From an uncultured Pelagibacteraceae bacterium (lineage in GTDB: Bacteria; Pseudomonadota; Alphaproteobacteria; Pelagibacterales; Pelagibacteraceae), in assembly GCA_902605995.1 (NCBI GenBank), contig CACLEQ010000001.1:5751-69750 (forward strand): DNA of 64,000 bases. The letters run 5' to 3'. Each line of letters starts with the position of its first letter. Position 1 is the stretch's first letter. Shown here in pieces: positions 29,006 through 39,593 of this stretch. The notes under the pieces were generated by a model. That model saw nothing but the letters and a program-made list of their open reading frames with translations. It was not told the origin of the DNA and did no database searches. Both the position numbers and the translations under genes were made by a program.

Positions 29006-30190
29006 ATGCAAAAATTTAAGTCAGTTGAAGAATTAGTAAATCAACTGAAACCTACAAGGCCAGTATATTGTATTAGAAAGAAGTCAATTCTTTCTGCATC
29101 AAAATTTTTTCAAGATAAATTTCCAGGAAAAACTTTATTTGCAGTCAAAACAAATCCACATCCAGATATTATAAAGACGCTTATTAAAAGCGGCATTGAT
29201 CAATTTGACGTTGCATCTATAGAGGAAATAAAAATTGTTAGAAAATATAGCTCAATAGCAAAGTGTTCATTTATGCATACAGTAAAAAGCAAAGAAAGTA
29301 TAAGAGAAGCTTATTTTGACTATGGAATTAAAACGTTCGCTTTAGATACAAAAGACGAATTAATTAAAATAATAGAAAGTACTAATAGTGCAAAGGATCT
29401 AGAATTATTTGTAAGAGTAGCTGTCTCTAATGAACATGCTGAAATAGATTTATCAAAAAAATTTGGCGCTTTATCATCTGAGGCAATTGGATTATTAAGA
29501 CTTGCAAAACAGCATTCAAAAAAAATTGGTATTAGTTTTCATGTTGGCTCACAGTGTATGCATCCTATTTCTTATACTAAAGGAATTAATGAAATTGGAA
29601 ATATAATAAAAAAAACTAAAATTATTCCTGATTACATAAATGTAGGTGGGGGATTTCCAACAATTTATCCAGATCTGATACCCCAACCACTTGAAAACTA
29701 TTTTAATGAAATTGTTACAGGTTTAGAAAATTTAAATTTAAAAAAAATGCCTAAAATTATATGTGAGCCAGGTAGAGCTTTAGTTGCTGAAAGTGGATCT
29801 ACAATAGTTAGAGTTGATTTGAGAAAAAAACATAAACTTTATATCAACGATGGAACTTACGGTACATTATTTGATGGGGGCACACCAAATATAGTTTTTC
29901 CAACAAAACTCATAAAGAATAATACAAATAAAATTATATCAAAAAAACTAACTGCGTTTGATTTTTATGGCCCAACTTGTGATAGTATGGATTACATGAA
30001 AGGTCCTTTTCTTCTACCAAACAATATAAAAGAAAATGATTATATTGAGCTTGGACAACTAGGGGCTTATGGTTTAACATTCAGAACGCAGTTTAACGGT
30101 TTTTATTCAAATGAAATTTATGAAGTTGAAGATACCCCAATTATGACGCTTTATGACAAAAATATTAATAAAGCTAATTTGGTTGCTTGA
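29006..30190 (+). CDS. Group IV (alanine-racemase fold) PLP-dependent ornithine/lysine/arginine decarboxylase
   Basis: FAVK.NP (PLP Lys), FDVAS, KFG, FHVGSQ, GGGFP, EPGR, GPTCD, GAY; ATG 29006 after GGGAG. Confidence 0.92.
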   Translation: MQKFKSVEELVNQLKPTRPVYCIRKKSILSASKFFQDKFPGKTLFAVKTNPHPDIIKTLIKSGIDQFDVASIEEIKIVRKYSSIAKCSFMHTVKSKESIREAYFDYGIKTFALDTKDELIKIIESTNSAKDLELFVRVAVSNEHAEIDLSKKFGALSSEAIGLLRLAKQHSKKIGISFHVGSQCMHPISYTKGINEIGNIIKKTKIIPDYINVGGGFPTIYPDLIPQPLENYFNEIVTGLENLNLKKMPKIICEPGRALVAESGSTIVRVDLRKKHKLYINDGTYGTLFDGGTPNIVFPTKLIKNNTNKIISKKLTAFDFYGPTCDSMDYMKGPFLLPNNIKENDYIELGQLGAYGLTFRTQFNGFYSNEIYEVEDTPIMTLYDKNINKANLVA

Positions 30191-31230
30191 TGTCAGATAA
30201 AAAAACCTTGGGTCATAATAGTAAAAAAGATTTTCTAAAAGATCCTGTCGAACATATAGACATCACTTCCTTTGACTCAAGAAAAATTATCTCATCAATG
30301 AAAAAAATGTCTTTTGTTTCAAGAGAAATTGCTAATGCATCTAAAATATATAATGAAATGCTCATGGATAAAAATTGCACAATATTTTTGACACTTGCTG
30401 GATCTACTTCTGCTGCGGGGTGTATGCATATTTATCGGGATATGGTTAAATATAACATGGTGGATGCAATTGTTGCAACGGGAGCATCTATTATTGATAT
30501 GGATTTTTTTGAGGCACTTGGATTTAAACACTACCAAGGATCACAATTTCAAAATGACAGCGAATTAAGAGAAAATTACATAGATAGAATTTATGATACT
30601 TACATAGATGAAGAAGAGCTTCAAATATGTGATAAAACTATTGGTGAAATAGCTGATAACTTGAAACCAAAAAATTATACTTCAAGAGAGTTTATTGAAG
30701 AAATCGGTAAATACTTAAAATCAAATGCAAAAAAAAAAGGTTCTTTAATCGAAACAGCATATGACAACAATGTTCCAATATTTTGTCCTGCATTTACCGA
30801 TTCAAGTGCAGGTTTTGGATTGGTAATGCATCAAGAAAGAAATCCTAATAAACATATAACATTAGACTCTATCAGGGAATTTAGAGAATTAACTGAAATA
30901 AAAATTAAGTCTAAAGAATCAGGATTATTTATGATTGGTGGCGGTGTTCCTAAAAACTTTGTTCAGGATACTGTAATTTGTGCAGAGCTTCTGGGTAAAG
31001 ATGCGGGTATGCATAAATATGCTATACAAATAACAGTCGCTGATACAAGAGATGGGGCATGTAGTAGCTCAACACTTAAAGAAGCAAGTTCATGGGGTAA
31101 AGTTGATACAACCAAAGAACAGATGGTTTTTGCAGAGGCGACAAGCGTTTTACCATTAATAGCAAGTGACGCTTACCATACAGGAGAATGGAAAAATAGA
31201 GCTAAGAAAAACTTTTCTAAAATATTTTGA
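30190..31230 (+). CDS. Deoxyhypusine synthase-like protein (polyamine/homospermidine biosynthesis)
   Basis: IDRIYD, P.F.PAF.DSS.G, IGGGVPKNF, DG..S...KEA.SWGK with catalytic Lys; TGATG coupling with the upstream gene. Confidence 0.92.
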   Translation: MSDKKTLGHNSKKDFLKDPVEHIDITSFDSRKIISSMKKMSFVSREIANASKIYNEMLMDKNCTIFLTLAGSTSAAGCMHIYRDMVKYNMVDAIVATGASIIDMDFFEALGFKHYQGSQFQNDSELRENYIDRIYDTYIDEEELQICDKTIGEIADNLKPKNYTSREFIEEIGKYLKSNAKKKGSLIETAYDNNVPIFCPAFTDSSAGFGLVMHQERNPNKHITLDSIREFRELTEIKIKSKESGLFMIGGGVPKNFVQDTVICAELLGKDAGMHKYAIQITVADTRDGACSSSTLKEASSWGKVDTTKEQMVFAEATSVLPLIASDAYHTGEWKNRAKKNFSKIF

Positions 31231-31233
31231 TTA

Positions 31234-32115
31234 ATGATCAAAAAAGTCAAAATTGGAATTATACAAAGTAAGATTTCAGTAAATTTACAAAAAAATATTC
31301 AATCAATTATTAGAAATATTAGAAAAGCAGCGTCAAAAAAAGCTAAAATTATTTGTGTGCCAGAGCTATTTTTATCAAATTATTTTTGCCAAACAGAAAA
31401 TCACTCAAATTTTAAATTAGCTGAAAAAATACCAGGAAAAACTTCAAAAATATTTTGCGACTTAGCAAAAGAATTAAAAATAGTATTGATGATTTCTTTG
31501 TTTGAAAAAAAAACACAAGGCTTTTACCACAACACAAGTTTGGTAATTAGCGAAAAAGGTAAAATTCTATCCAAATATAGAAAAATGCATATTCCAGATG
31601 ATCCAGGTTATTATGAAAAATTTTATTTTACTCCTGGAGATTTAGGTTTTAAATCAGTCAAAACAAAATTTGGAAATATTGGACCTCTAATATGTTGGGA
31701 TCAATGGTTTCCTGAAGCGGCAAGATTAACCGCACTTAAAGGAGCGCAAATAATTTTTTACCCAACTGCTATTGGTTGGCATCCTAAAGAAAAAAAAAGT
31801 TTTGGGAAATCTCAATTAGAATCTTGGATTACAATGCAAAAGTCTCATGCTATTGCAAATGGAATTTATGTTGTAGCAGTTAATAGAGTAGGAACTGAGA
31901 AAAAAGGAGGTAGGAAAATACAATTTTGGGGAAACTCTATGATTATTAACCCTAGTGGACAGATAATTGGAAAACTAAGTAATAACAAGGAAGAAATATT
32001 AATTAGAGAAATCGATTACAAAAAAATTGATAAAACGAGAGAACATTGGCCTTTTTTACGTGACAGAAGAATTGATTTTTATAAAGGCATATTAAAAAAT
32101 CCCTCAGATGAGTAA
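31234..32115 (+). CDS. aguB: N-carbamoylputrescine amidohydrolase (nitrilase family)
   Basis: PELF..YFCQ, YRKMHIPDDPGYYEKFYF.PGD.GF, ICWDQWFPE.AR, YPTAIG, RDRR. Confidence 0.92.
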   Translation: MIKKVKIGIIQSKISVNLQKNIQSIIRNIRKAASKKAKIICVPELFLSNYFCQTENHSNFKLAEKIPGKTSKIFCDLAKELKIVLMISLFEKKTQGFYHNTSLVISEKGKILSKYRKMHIPDDPGYYEKFYFTPGDLGFKSVKTKFGNIGPLICWDQWFPEAARLTALKGAQIIFYPTAIGWHPKEKKSFGKSQLESWITMQKSHAIANGIYVVAVNRVGTEKKGGRKIQFWGNSMIINPSGQIIGKLSNNKEEILIREIDYKKIDKTREHWPFLRDRRIDFYKGILKNPSDE

Positions 32116-33160
32116 AAAACTTAATGAGTATAGAATGCCCGCAGAATGGGAAGCCCAAGATTCAACTTGGATTGTTTGGCCGTATAATAAAAACGATTGG
32201 CCTGGCTTATATCAATATATTCCTGATGTGATTTTAGAAATTATATCCAAAATCTCAAAAAACCAGAGAGTTAATTTGATAATAAATGATAGTGCTAAAA
32301 GTATAAAAAAGTTAATCAAAAACAAAAAAATCAGAAATATTAAATTTCATAAAATTAAGACTGATAGGATATGGTTAAGAGACTCTGGGCCAATATTTTT
32401 GATTAATAAAAAAAATAAAAAAAAAATAATATTAAATTTTGGTTTCAGTGGATGGGCTAAATATAATAATTATAAGAATGATAATAAAATTAATGACAAT
32501 ATTAGTAAAATTACCAAATTAAAAAAAATTAATCCAATTATGAAAAAGAATAACAATATTAGAAAAATTATAATGGAAGGTGGGGCTTTCGATATAAATG
32601 GTCATGGGTCAATTTTGCTTACAGAAGAATGTTTGCTAAGTAAGACCCAAGAAAGAAATAAAAACTTCAACAAAAAAGATTACGAGGAATTGTTTTTTAA
32701 ATATCTTAATATTAATAACTTTATATGGCTAAAAAAAGGAATTTTAGGTGACGATACTCATGGACATATTGATGACATTTCAAGATTTGTCTCAAAAAAT
32801 ACAATTATGACTGCTGTTGAAAAAAATAAAAAAGATAAAAACTATAAAAATCTTAACGAAAATTTAAAAATTTTAAAAAAATCTAAAAATTATAAAGGTA
32901 AAAAATTTAAAATTATAAAGGTACCGATGCCTTCGCCAATTTTAATCAAAAATACAAGGGTTCCAGCAAGTTATATGAACTTTTACATTTGTAATAAAAT
33001 GATTTTATTACCAATTTTTAAAGTAAAAGAAGACAAAAAAGCAATCAAAATTTTCAAAAATTATTTTAGATCAAAAAAGATTGAAACAATTGACTGTAGT
33101 AAGTTAATATGGGGCTTCGGTGCGATACATTGTATGACACAGCAAGAACCTAAGATTTAG
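32108..33160 (+). CDS. aguA: Agmatine deiminase (peptidylarginine deiminase-like family)
   Basis: MPAEWE, W.RD.GP, EGG, DDTHGHIDD, ASY.NF, G.GAIHC.TQQ.P. Confidence 0.92.
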   Translation: MSKKLNEYRMPAEWEAQDSTWIVWPYNKNDWPGLYQYIPDVILEIISKISKNQRVNLIINDSAKSIKKLIKNKKIRNIKFHKIKTDRIWLRDSGPIFLINKKNKKKIILNFGFSGWAKYNNYKNDNKINDNISKITKLKKINPIMKKNNNIRKIIMEGGAFDINGHGSILLTEECLLSKTQERNKNFNKKDYEELFFKYLNINNFIWLKKGILGDDTHGHIDDISRFVSKNTIMTAVEKNKKDKNYKNLNENLKILKKSKNYKGKKFKIIKVPMPSPILIKNTRVPASYMNFYICNKMILLPIFKVKEDKKAIKIFKNYFRSKKIETIDCSKLIWGFGAIHCMTQQEPKI

Positions 33161-33708
33161 TAGGCTGGTTTTAATCTAGCTAATAATAGTCTAAAAGGTA
33201 TTAACATTAATAGAGCAACAAAGATTTTAACTGCTAAATCTCCAAGGGATAATGTTACCCAAGGTATTCCAGTTCCATAAAAAGATATAGAGAAGAATAA
33301 GAAAGTATCGATGGTTGAGCCAATTAGAGAAGATGTCAAAGGAGCTATATACCATTTTTTTTGTCGTAATTGATCAAATATTTGAACATCTAAAAGCTGT
33401 GCAATAATAAATGCCGTTCCAGATCCAATTGCTATTCTAATTGAAATTAAATCTGTGAAATTTGTAGAAAATATTAGTGTAAATAAAATTCCTATTGTAA
33501 AGCCTATATAAACAATCTGTCTTGCAATAATCTTTCCGTAAGATCTATTAGCTAAATCAGTAATTAAAAAAGCAATCGGATAACTAAAAGCTCCATAAGT
33601 TAATATTTCCTCTAAACCATAATAATTTATAGGAAATTGGACTAGATAATTAGATGCTAAGACAACAACCCCCATGATGAAAGAGAGTAATAAAAATAAT
33701 TTACTCAT
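33157..33708 (-). CDS. Queuosine precursor transporter (YhhQ/VUT family)
   Basis: SNYLVQ, YP..FL.TD...R.YG, RIA..S..AF...Q..D, SS..GS..DT..FF. Confidence 0.88.
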   Translation of the reverse strand: MSKLFLLLSFIMGVVVLASNYLVQFPINYYGLEEILTYGAFSYPIAFLITDLANRSYGKIIARQIVYIGFTIGILFTLIFSTNFTDLISIRIAIGSGTAFIIAQLLDVQIFDQLRQKKWYIAPLTSSLIGSTIDTFLFFSISFYGTGIPWVTLSLGDLAVKIFVALLMLIPFRLLLARLKPAY

Positions 33709-34022
33709 TAAGCACTTTTAGATTGAACTATTTTTTTTTGAAAAGGTGATTTTATTAATAAATTTTTTCTCAATTTTTTTAATCTTGGTGATAAATTTTT
33801 ATTCTTAACTGTCTTTAAAAACTCATCAAAACTTCCCTTTTTATCTACTGTTCTTACCCCAGAATTACTAACTGTTAATTTTAAACTTCTCTTTAAAATT
33901 TCACTAGTAAATCTAACTTTTTTTAAATTTGGGAGGAATCTTCTTTTTGTCTTATTATTAGCATGACTAACGTTATGACCTTTCATTGGGATTTTTCCGG
34001 TAAGTTCACATTTTTTCGACAT
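33708..34022 (-). CDS. rpmB: 50S ribosomal protein L28
   Basis: [29 protein letters not shown]. Confidence 0.97.
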   Translation of the reverse strand: MSKKCELTGKIPMKGHNVSHANNKTKRRFLPNLKKVRFTSEILKRSLKLTVSNSGVRTVDKKGSFDEFLKTVKNKNLSPRLKKLRKNLLIKSPFQKKIVQSKSA

Positions 34023-34034
34023 AATAGTAACGAC

Positions 34035-34063
34035 TATATAAAGTGAGTTATAGATCTCGTCAA
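34035..34063 (-). promoter_or_regulatory. Sigma-70 promoter of rpmB
   Basis: Minus strand TTGACG-17 nt-TATATA, 12 nt before the ATG. Confidence 0.65.
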
Positions 34064-34079
34064 GTTTATAAGATTTTTG

Positions 34080-35126
34080 TTAGTGATTTTTTCCGATAAT
34101 TTCAGTAAAATTTTTAACTCCATCTTTTTTTAATAGTTCTTTAAGCTCTTTTTTTATCATATTGACTATATTTGGTCCCTTGAAGACCAATCCTGTGTAA
34201 AGTTGAACATAATTAGCACCAGCTAAAAATTTTTCATACGCACTTTTTCCTGAGTCTACTCCCCCTACACCAATAATTTTTACCCTTCCATTGAGAAGTT
34301 TATAAAATCTATTTATCAATTTGGTGGATTTTTCTTTTATTGGCTTACCTGACAAGCCTCCTTTTTGATGCTTTTGAATATTATTCAAAGAGTCTCTAGT
34401 GGAATCTGATGTATTTGAAACAATTATTACTTCAATCTGATTAGATAATAAAACCTCAGATATCCTGCTTATATCATCATTACTAATATCTGGAGATACC
34501 TTGACTGCTATTGGAATTTTTGAACTTAGTTTCTTTTTTTCTTTATCAATAATCTCAAGAAGTTCATTTAATTTTGTTTGATCGTGAAAACTTCTAAGGT
34601 CTTCTGTATTAGGTGATGAAATATTTACAGTAATATAATCGGCATCTTGGTGAAATATTCTCAGGCATTCTATATAGTCTCCAAGTCTATTTTTGGTGTC
34701 TTTATTTGGTCCAATATTTATTCCTAACAAACCAGTTTGTTTATTAGATCTAATTCTCTCTACAACATTTTGAGCACCTAGGTTGTTAAAACCAAGCCTA
34801 TTTATCAATGCTTCGTCCTCTACTAACCTAAATACTCTTGGTTTAGGATTTCCAAATTGTTTCAATGGTGTAATAGTGCCAACTTCAACAAATCCAAATC
34901 CTAGCCTAAATAGTGTATTATATACTTCAGCATTTTTATCAAAACCTGCCGCCATACCAATTGGGTTTTCTAAATCTTTACTAAATAACTTTGTTTTGAA
35001 TAAAGGGTTATCTTTATCGTCGTCTAAAATATTTGGAACAAAATTAAATTTTAAAGATTTAATTGCTAAATTATGTGCTGTTTCAGGATCTAACTTGAAA
35101 ATTAAAGATCTTATATTTGCAAACAT
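34080..35126 (-). CDS. pyrD: Quinone-dependent dihydroorotate dehydrogenase (class 2)
   Basis: DPE.AH, AAGFDKN, GNPKPR.FRL, NRLGFNN, NISSPNT, GGLSG, VQLYT. Confidence 0.97.
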   Translation of the reverse strand: MFANIRSLIFKLDPETAHNLAIKSLKFNFVPNILDDDKDNPLFKTKLFSKDLENPIGMAAGFDKNAEVYNTLFRLGFGFVEVGTITPLKQFGNPKPRVFRLVEDEALINRLGFNNLGAQNVVERIRSNKQTGLLGINIGPNKDTKNRLGDYIECLRIFHQDADYITVNISSPNTEDLRSFHDQTKLNELLEIIDKEKKKLSSKIPIAVKVSPDISNDDISRISEVLLSNQIEVIIVSNTSDSTRDSLNNIQKHQKGGLSGKPIKEKSTKLINRFYKLLNGRVKIIGVGGVDSGKSAYEKFLAGANYVQLYTGLVFKGPNIVNMIKKELKELLKKDGVKNFTEIIGKNH

Positions 35127-36688
35127 TATTTAATTTTATTTAATATAAGATCTTTTGTTTCTTTAACACCAAAAAAACTTATAAAAAATCCCATCCGAGG
35201 TCCATTTTCTTCACCAAATACAACTTCATAAATCAATTTAAACCAATCTCTTAGATTTTCAGAATAACCATTTTCTTTTCCAGTTGAATATACTAGAGTT
35301 TGAATATCCTCTGGTGACATTTCATCATTACACTTGTCAAGAGTATCAATTAAAGCTTTAAGTACAATTTTTTCTTTATCACTTGGAGTTTTGTATTTTT
35401 TTTGTTTTTTAATTACATCATTAAAATATTGGATTGCATTACTAACTAGGCCATCAAAAATTGGAAAATCTTTTTCTAAAATATCTTTTTTATATTTTTT
35501 TACAAATTTCCAAAGAAGTTCCTTGTTGTTAGCATTACTTGTTTCGACGAGATTTAACAGCATTGAAAAAGACATTATCATTTGCTCTTCTGGAATATCA
35601 CTATCATGAACATGCCAGACAGGATTCATCAAAAGTTGTAGCTCATCTTGATTTTTTGCTTTACTTAATAATTCTAAATACTCATCCACAGTTCTTGAAA
35701 CAATTTCTTTATATAATTTTTTTGCTCTTTTAGGATTTTGATACATATATAAAGATAAACTTTCCGGCGATGCATATTTTAGCCACTGATCAATTGTGAT
35801 TCCGTTGCCTTTTGATTTAGAAATTTTCTCACCTTTTTCATCTAAAAACAATTCATAAGCAAATCCAGATGGATTTGTTTTTCCAATTTGTTTTATTATT
35901 TTTGAAGATAAAATTGCACTTTCGATAAGATCTTTACCATACATTTCAAAATCTACATCTAAAGCGTACCATCTCATTGCCCAATCAACTTTCCATTGAA
36001 GCTTGCAATTTCCATCTAGAATACTTTTCTCCAAATCTTTGCCACTGTTGTCAAAAATTATTTTCAATTTATCTTTATTGATTTCTTTAACAGGAATTTC
36101 TAAAACATGGCCAGTATCCGGACAAATTGGTAAAAACGGACAATAAGTTTTTTGGCGCTCCTTTCCTAATGTAGGGAGGATAATATTCATAATTGCGTCG
36201 TAGTTTTCTAAAATTACTTTAAGAGTTGAATTGAAAAATCCTGATTTATAAAGCTCACTTGAACTTTTAAAATTATATTTAAAATTGAAACTATCTAAAA
36301 AATTTTTAAGCATTTGATTATTATGTTCTCCAAAACTATTAAACTTATCGAATGGATCTGGAACTTCAGTTAGAGGCTTATGTAAATTTCTTTCAAGCAA
36401 TTCCTTGTTAGGCACATTATCGGGAACTTTTCTAAGTCCATCCATATCGTCTGAAAACGTTATAATTTCACAAGGAAGATCTGTTAAATGTTTTAAGGCA
36501 TTTACTATCATAGAAGTTCTTGCTACTTCGCCAAATGTACCAATGTGGGGAAGACCACTAGGACCATATCCTGTTTGAAGAGTGATTTTACCTTTTTTAT
36601 CTATAAAAGATTTTCTTTCTCGAAGCATTTTTTTGGCCTCTACAAAAGGCCACGCGTTAGTTTTTTCTAAATTCTCTTTTTTAATCAT
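35126..36688 (-). CDS. lysS: Class I lysyl-tRNA synthetase
   Basis: WPF.EA, TGYGPSGLPHIGTFGE, KLQWK.DW, GKD, KISKSKGN, GPR.G. Confidence 0.96.
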   Translation of the reverse strand: MIKKENLEKTNAWPFVEAKKMLRERKSFIDKKGKITLQTGYGPSGLPHIGTFGEVARTSMIVNALKHLTDLPCEIITFSDDMDGLRKVPDNVPNKELLERNLHKPLTEVPDPFDKFNSFGEHNNQMLKNFLDSFNFKYNFKSSSELYKSGFFNSTLKVILENYDAIMNIILPTLGKERQKTYCPFLPICPDTGHVLEIPVKEINKDKLKIIFDNSGKDLEKSILDGNCKLQWKVDWAMRWYALDVDFEMYGKDLIESAILSSKIIKQIGKTNPSGFAYELFLDEKGEKISKSKGNGITIDQWLKYASPESLSLYMYQNPKRAKKLYKEIVSRTVDEYLELLSKAKNQDELQLLMNPVWHVHDSDIPEEQMIMSFSMLLNLVETSNANNKELLWKFVKKYKKDILEKDFPIFDGLVSNAIQYFNDVIKKQKKYKTPSDKEKIVLKALIDTLDKCNDEMSPEDIQTLVYSTGKENGYSENLRDWFKLIYEVVFGEENGPRMGFFISFFGVKETKDLILNKIK

Positions 36689-36775
36689 GAATATTCTAAT
36701 AAAGTCATTAATTTACGATTTTACTAATTCATATAGAGTTGAAATTTATTTACCATAAAATAATGTTCTTTCAAA

Positions 36776-38215
36776 ATGACTAATTATAAAACGGTTTTTT
36801 TTACTCTTGGTATTCTTCAAATTATTCTTGGAATATTTATGTTGATACCTATCATCGCACAATTCTTTTATAATGAAATCGACTCATCTTTTCTAAGTGC
36901 TTCGATTGTTACAATTATTTTTGGAACGTTATTTTTTCTATCAAATTTAGACCATGACAAAAAATTGAATCTACAGCAGGCTTTTTTAGTAACAGCATTA
37001 TCATGGCTTAGTATTGCAATTTTTAGTTCTCTTCCTTTTATATTTTCTCACACTAATTTTTCAATCACAAATGCTTTTTTTGAGAGTATGTCCGGAATCA
37101 CTACAACAGGTTCAACAATTATTTCAAATCTTGAAAGTATGCCAAAAGGAATTTTACTCTGGAGAGCTATATTACAGTGGTTAGGAGGAATTGGAATTAT
37201 TGTCATGGCAATTACTTTAATGCCAATTATGAATGTTGGAGGTATGCAGCTATTTAAAATATCAAATAATGACTCGTCTGAAAAAATACTGCCAAAATCA
37301 AAAGAAATTGCTTTAAGATTAATTTTTATCTATTTGATATTAACATTATTTTGCGCCATATCTTACAAAATACTTGGCATGAACATTTTTGATAGTTTGA
37401 CTCACGCCATGACCACAATAGCAACAGGAGGCTTCTCGAATTACAATGACTCCATTGGTTTTTTTAATAGTATCTCAATAGAAATTTCGGCAATGGTATT
37501 TATTATCTTGGGAAGTTTACCATTTATAGTTTACATAAAATTTCTTAATGGTAACAAAAAAATATTTTTGAATGATATACAAATAAGAACTTTTATAAAA
37601 ATTATATTAATAAGTATTATTTTACTTGCATTATATCTGGCTCTCAGTCAATCAAGCTCATTTAATTTAAGATCTATTTTTTTTAATGTTATCTCTATAT
37701 TGACAGGAACAGGATATGTAAATGCGCAGTTTGATAATTGGGGAGGTTTTCCAATCGTTTTATTTTTATTACTTATGTTTATTGGAGGATGTGCGGGCTC
37801 AACAACCTGTGGAATTAAGATATTTAGAATTCAGATACTTTACTCTTTTATTTCGAATCAATTAAAAAAGATTATCTATCCCAAAGGGGTGTTTATTTTA
37901 AAATATGATCAAAATCCTGTTGACAACAAATTTATATCTTCGGTTATATCTTTCATTTATTTGTATTTTATGATTTTTTTTGCAATTACTGCTTTACTCT
38001 CTTTAACTGGACTTGATTTCATTACTTCTATATCAGGAGCGGCAACATCCATATCAAATGTCGGGCCAGGACTTGGATCTATAATAGGGCCAAACGGGAA
38101 TTTTTCTTCACTACCTGACATTTCAAAATGGATATTAACGCTAGGTATGATTTTAGGTAGACTTGAATTATTTGCAATACTAGTGTTGTTCTTGCCATCT
38201 TTTTGGAGAAACTAA
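36776..38215 (+). CDS. trkH: Trk potassium uptake membrane subunit
   Basis: FES.SG.TTTG, QWLGG.GI, TGGFS, GGC.GST..G.K, SNVGPG, LGRLE. Confidence 0.95.
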   Translation: MTNYKTVFFTLGILQIILGIFMLIPIIAQFFYNEIDSSFLSASIVTIIFGTLFFLSNLDHDKKLNLQQAFLVTALSWLSIAIFSSLPFIFSHTNFSITNAFFESMSGITTTGSTIISNLESMPKGILLWRAILQWLGGIGIIVMAITLMPIMNVGGMQLFKISNNDSSEKILPKSKEIALRLIFIYLILTLFCAISYKILGMNIFDSLTHAMTTIATGGFSNYNDSIGFFNSISIEISAMVFIILGSLPFIVYIKFLNGNKKIFLNDIQIRTFIKIILISIILLALYLALSQSSSFNLRSIFFNVISILTGTGYVNAQFDNWGGFPIVLFLLLMFIGGCAGSTTCGIKIFRIQILYSFISNQLKKIIYPKGVFILKYDQNPVDNKFISSVISFIYLYFMIFFAITALLSLTGLDFITSISGAATSISNVGPGLGSIIGPNGNFSSLPDISKWILTLGMILGRLELFAILVLFLPSFWRN

Positions 38216-38216
38216 G

Positions 38217-39593
38217 ATGATAGAGCCTAAACAAAAATCATTTAATAAAATGTTCAAAATTTATTTCGATCACAGAATGTTAAAAATTTTGTTATTAGGC
38301 GCAATTTCAGGATTTCCGTGGGTATTGATTGGCAGCAGTCTTAGTTTATGGCTTAAAGAAGACGGATTAAGTAGATCAACTATAGGATGGGCTGGTTTAA
38401 TCTTTGGAGTTTATGCATTTAATTACTTATGGGCACCTTTAATTGATAGGGTACAAATTCCTTTTTTAACTAAAAAGATTGGTCATAGAAGAAGTTGGAT
38501 TGTACTTATGCAAGTATTAATTTTAATTTCACTAATCCTATGGAGTTTTGTTAATCCAACTCAAAATCTAGCTTTGGTAATTACAATTGGTCTAATAATT
38601 GCAATAGCCTCTGCAACACAGGATATTACTGTCGACGCTTTAAGAATTGAACAGATTGGAGAGAATGAGGGTAAATCTATGGCCGCTGGGGCTGCAATGG
38701 CTGTTGTAGGTTGGTGGACTGGATATAAACTTGGAGGTGTTATATCATTATTCTCAGCGGAAATTATACAAAATTTCGGTTTTGAAAATTACTGGCAACT
38801 TACATTTCTTATTTTGAGCGTTTTAGTAATTTTAATGAACATAGGGTTGATGTTTGTCAATGAAACAATTGACTCTGATAGGATAAATAGGCAAAGAGAG
38901 AATGATAAATTTATTTCAAAAAGATTTACAAAGGAAAATATAATCACAAAATTACTAACGTGGATTGGTGGAACAATTAGTGGGCCAATTATAAGTTTTT
39001 TCAAGAAGAATGGTTTTTCTATTGCTTTAGGAATTTTGGGATTTGTTTTCTTGTTTAAAGTCGGTGAAGCATTTTTAGGCAGAATGTCAGTAATTTTTTA
39101 TAAAGAAATAGGATTTAGTAAATCAGATATCGCAATTTATTCTAAAACGTTGGGATGGATCACTACAGTTATCTTTACACTTTTAGGTGGTTTATTTGTA
39201 ATTAGATCTGGTGTTTTAAAAGCAATGTTTTTAGCAGGAGTTATTATGGCAGGCACTAATCTATTATTTAGTGTGCTAGCGTGGACAGGTAAATCGGAAT
39301 TATTATTTGCTGTAGCTGTAATTTTTGATGATATAGCAGCAGCTTTTGCCACTGTAGCATTTGTAGCATTCATTTCTTTATTGGTTGATAGAGCCTATAC
39401 AGCTACACAGTATGCTCTATTAGCATCTATCGGTACTGCTGGAAGAACAACCTTGGCATCTTCCTCTGGAGCACTGGTGGATTGGTTAAATGGCGATTGG
39501 GGGACCTTTTTTATTCTTACCGCTCTAATGGTAATTCCCTCTTTAATTATATTATGGATTATGAGAAATAAGCTTCAATTAAGTGAAAAATAA
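38217..39593 (+). CDS. ampG: AmpG muropeptide MFS permease
   Basis: LG..SG.P, WAPLIDR, RRSW, SATQDI.VDA.RIE, YTATQYALL.S. Confidence 0.9.
   Translation: MIEPKQKSFNKMFKIYFDHRMLKILLLGAISGFPWVLIGSSLSLWLKEDGLSRSTIGWAGLIFGVYAFNYLWAPLIDRVQIPFLTKKIGHRRSWIVLMQVLILISLILWSFVNPTQNLALVITIGLIIAIASATQDITVDALRIEQIGENEGKSMAAGAAMAVVGWWTGYKLGGVISLFSAEIIQNFGFENYWQLTFLILSVLVILMNIGLMFVNETIDSDRINRQRENDKFISKRFTKENIITKLLTWIGGTISGPIISFFKKNGFSIALGILGFVFLFKVGEAFLGRMSVIFYKEIGFSKSDIAIYSKTLGWITTVIFTLLGGLFVIRSGVLKAMFLAGVIMAGTNLLFSVLAWTGKSELLFAVAVIFDDIAAAFATVAFVAFISLLVDRAYTATQYALLASIGTAGRTTLASSSGALVDWLNGDWGTFFILTALMVIPSLIILWIMRNKLQLSEK

Noticed and set aside
33700-33730. Possible preQ1 riboswitch before the queuosine precursor transporter
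   Set aside because: The gene start overlaps the rpmB stop; there is no leader.
35126-36688. Class I ('archaeal-type') LysRS as evidence of horizontal transfer
   Set aside because: Class I LysRS is normal in many alphaproteobacteria.
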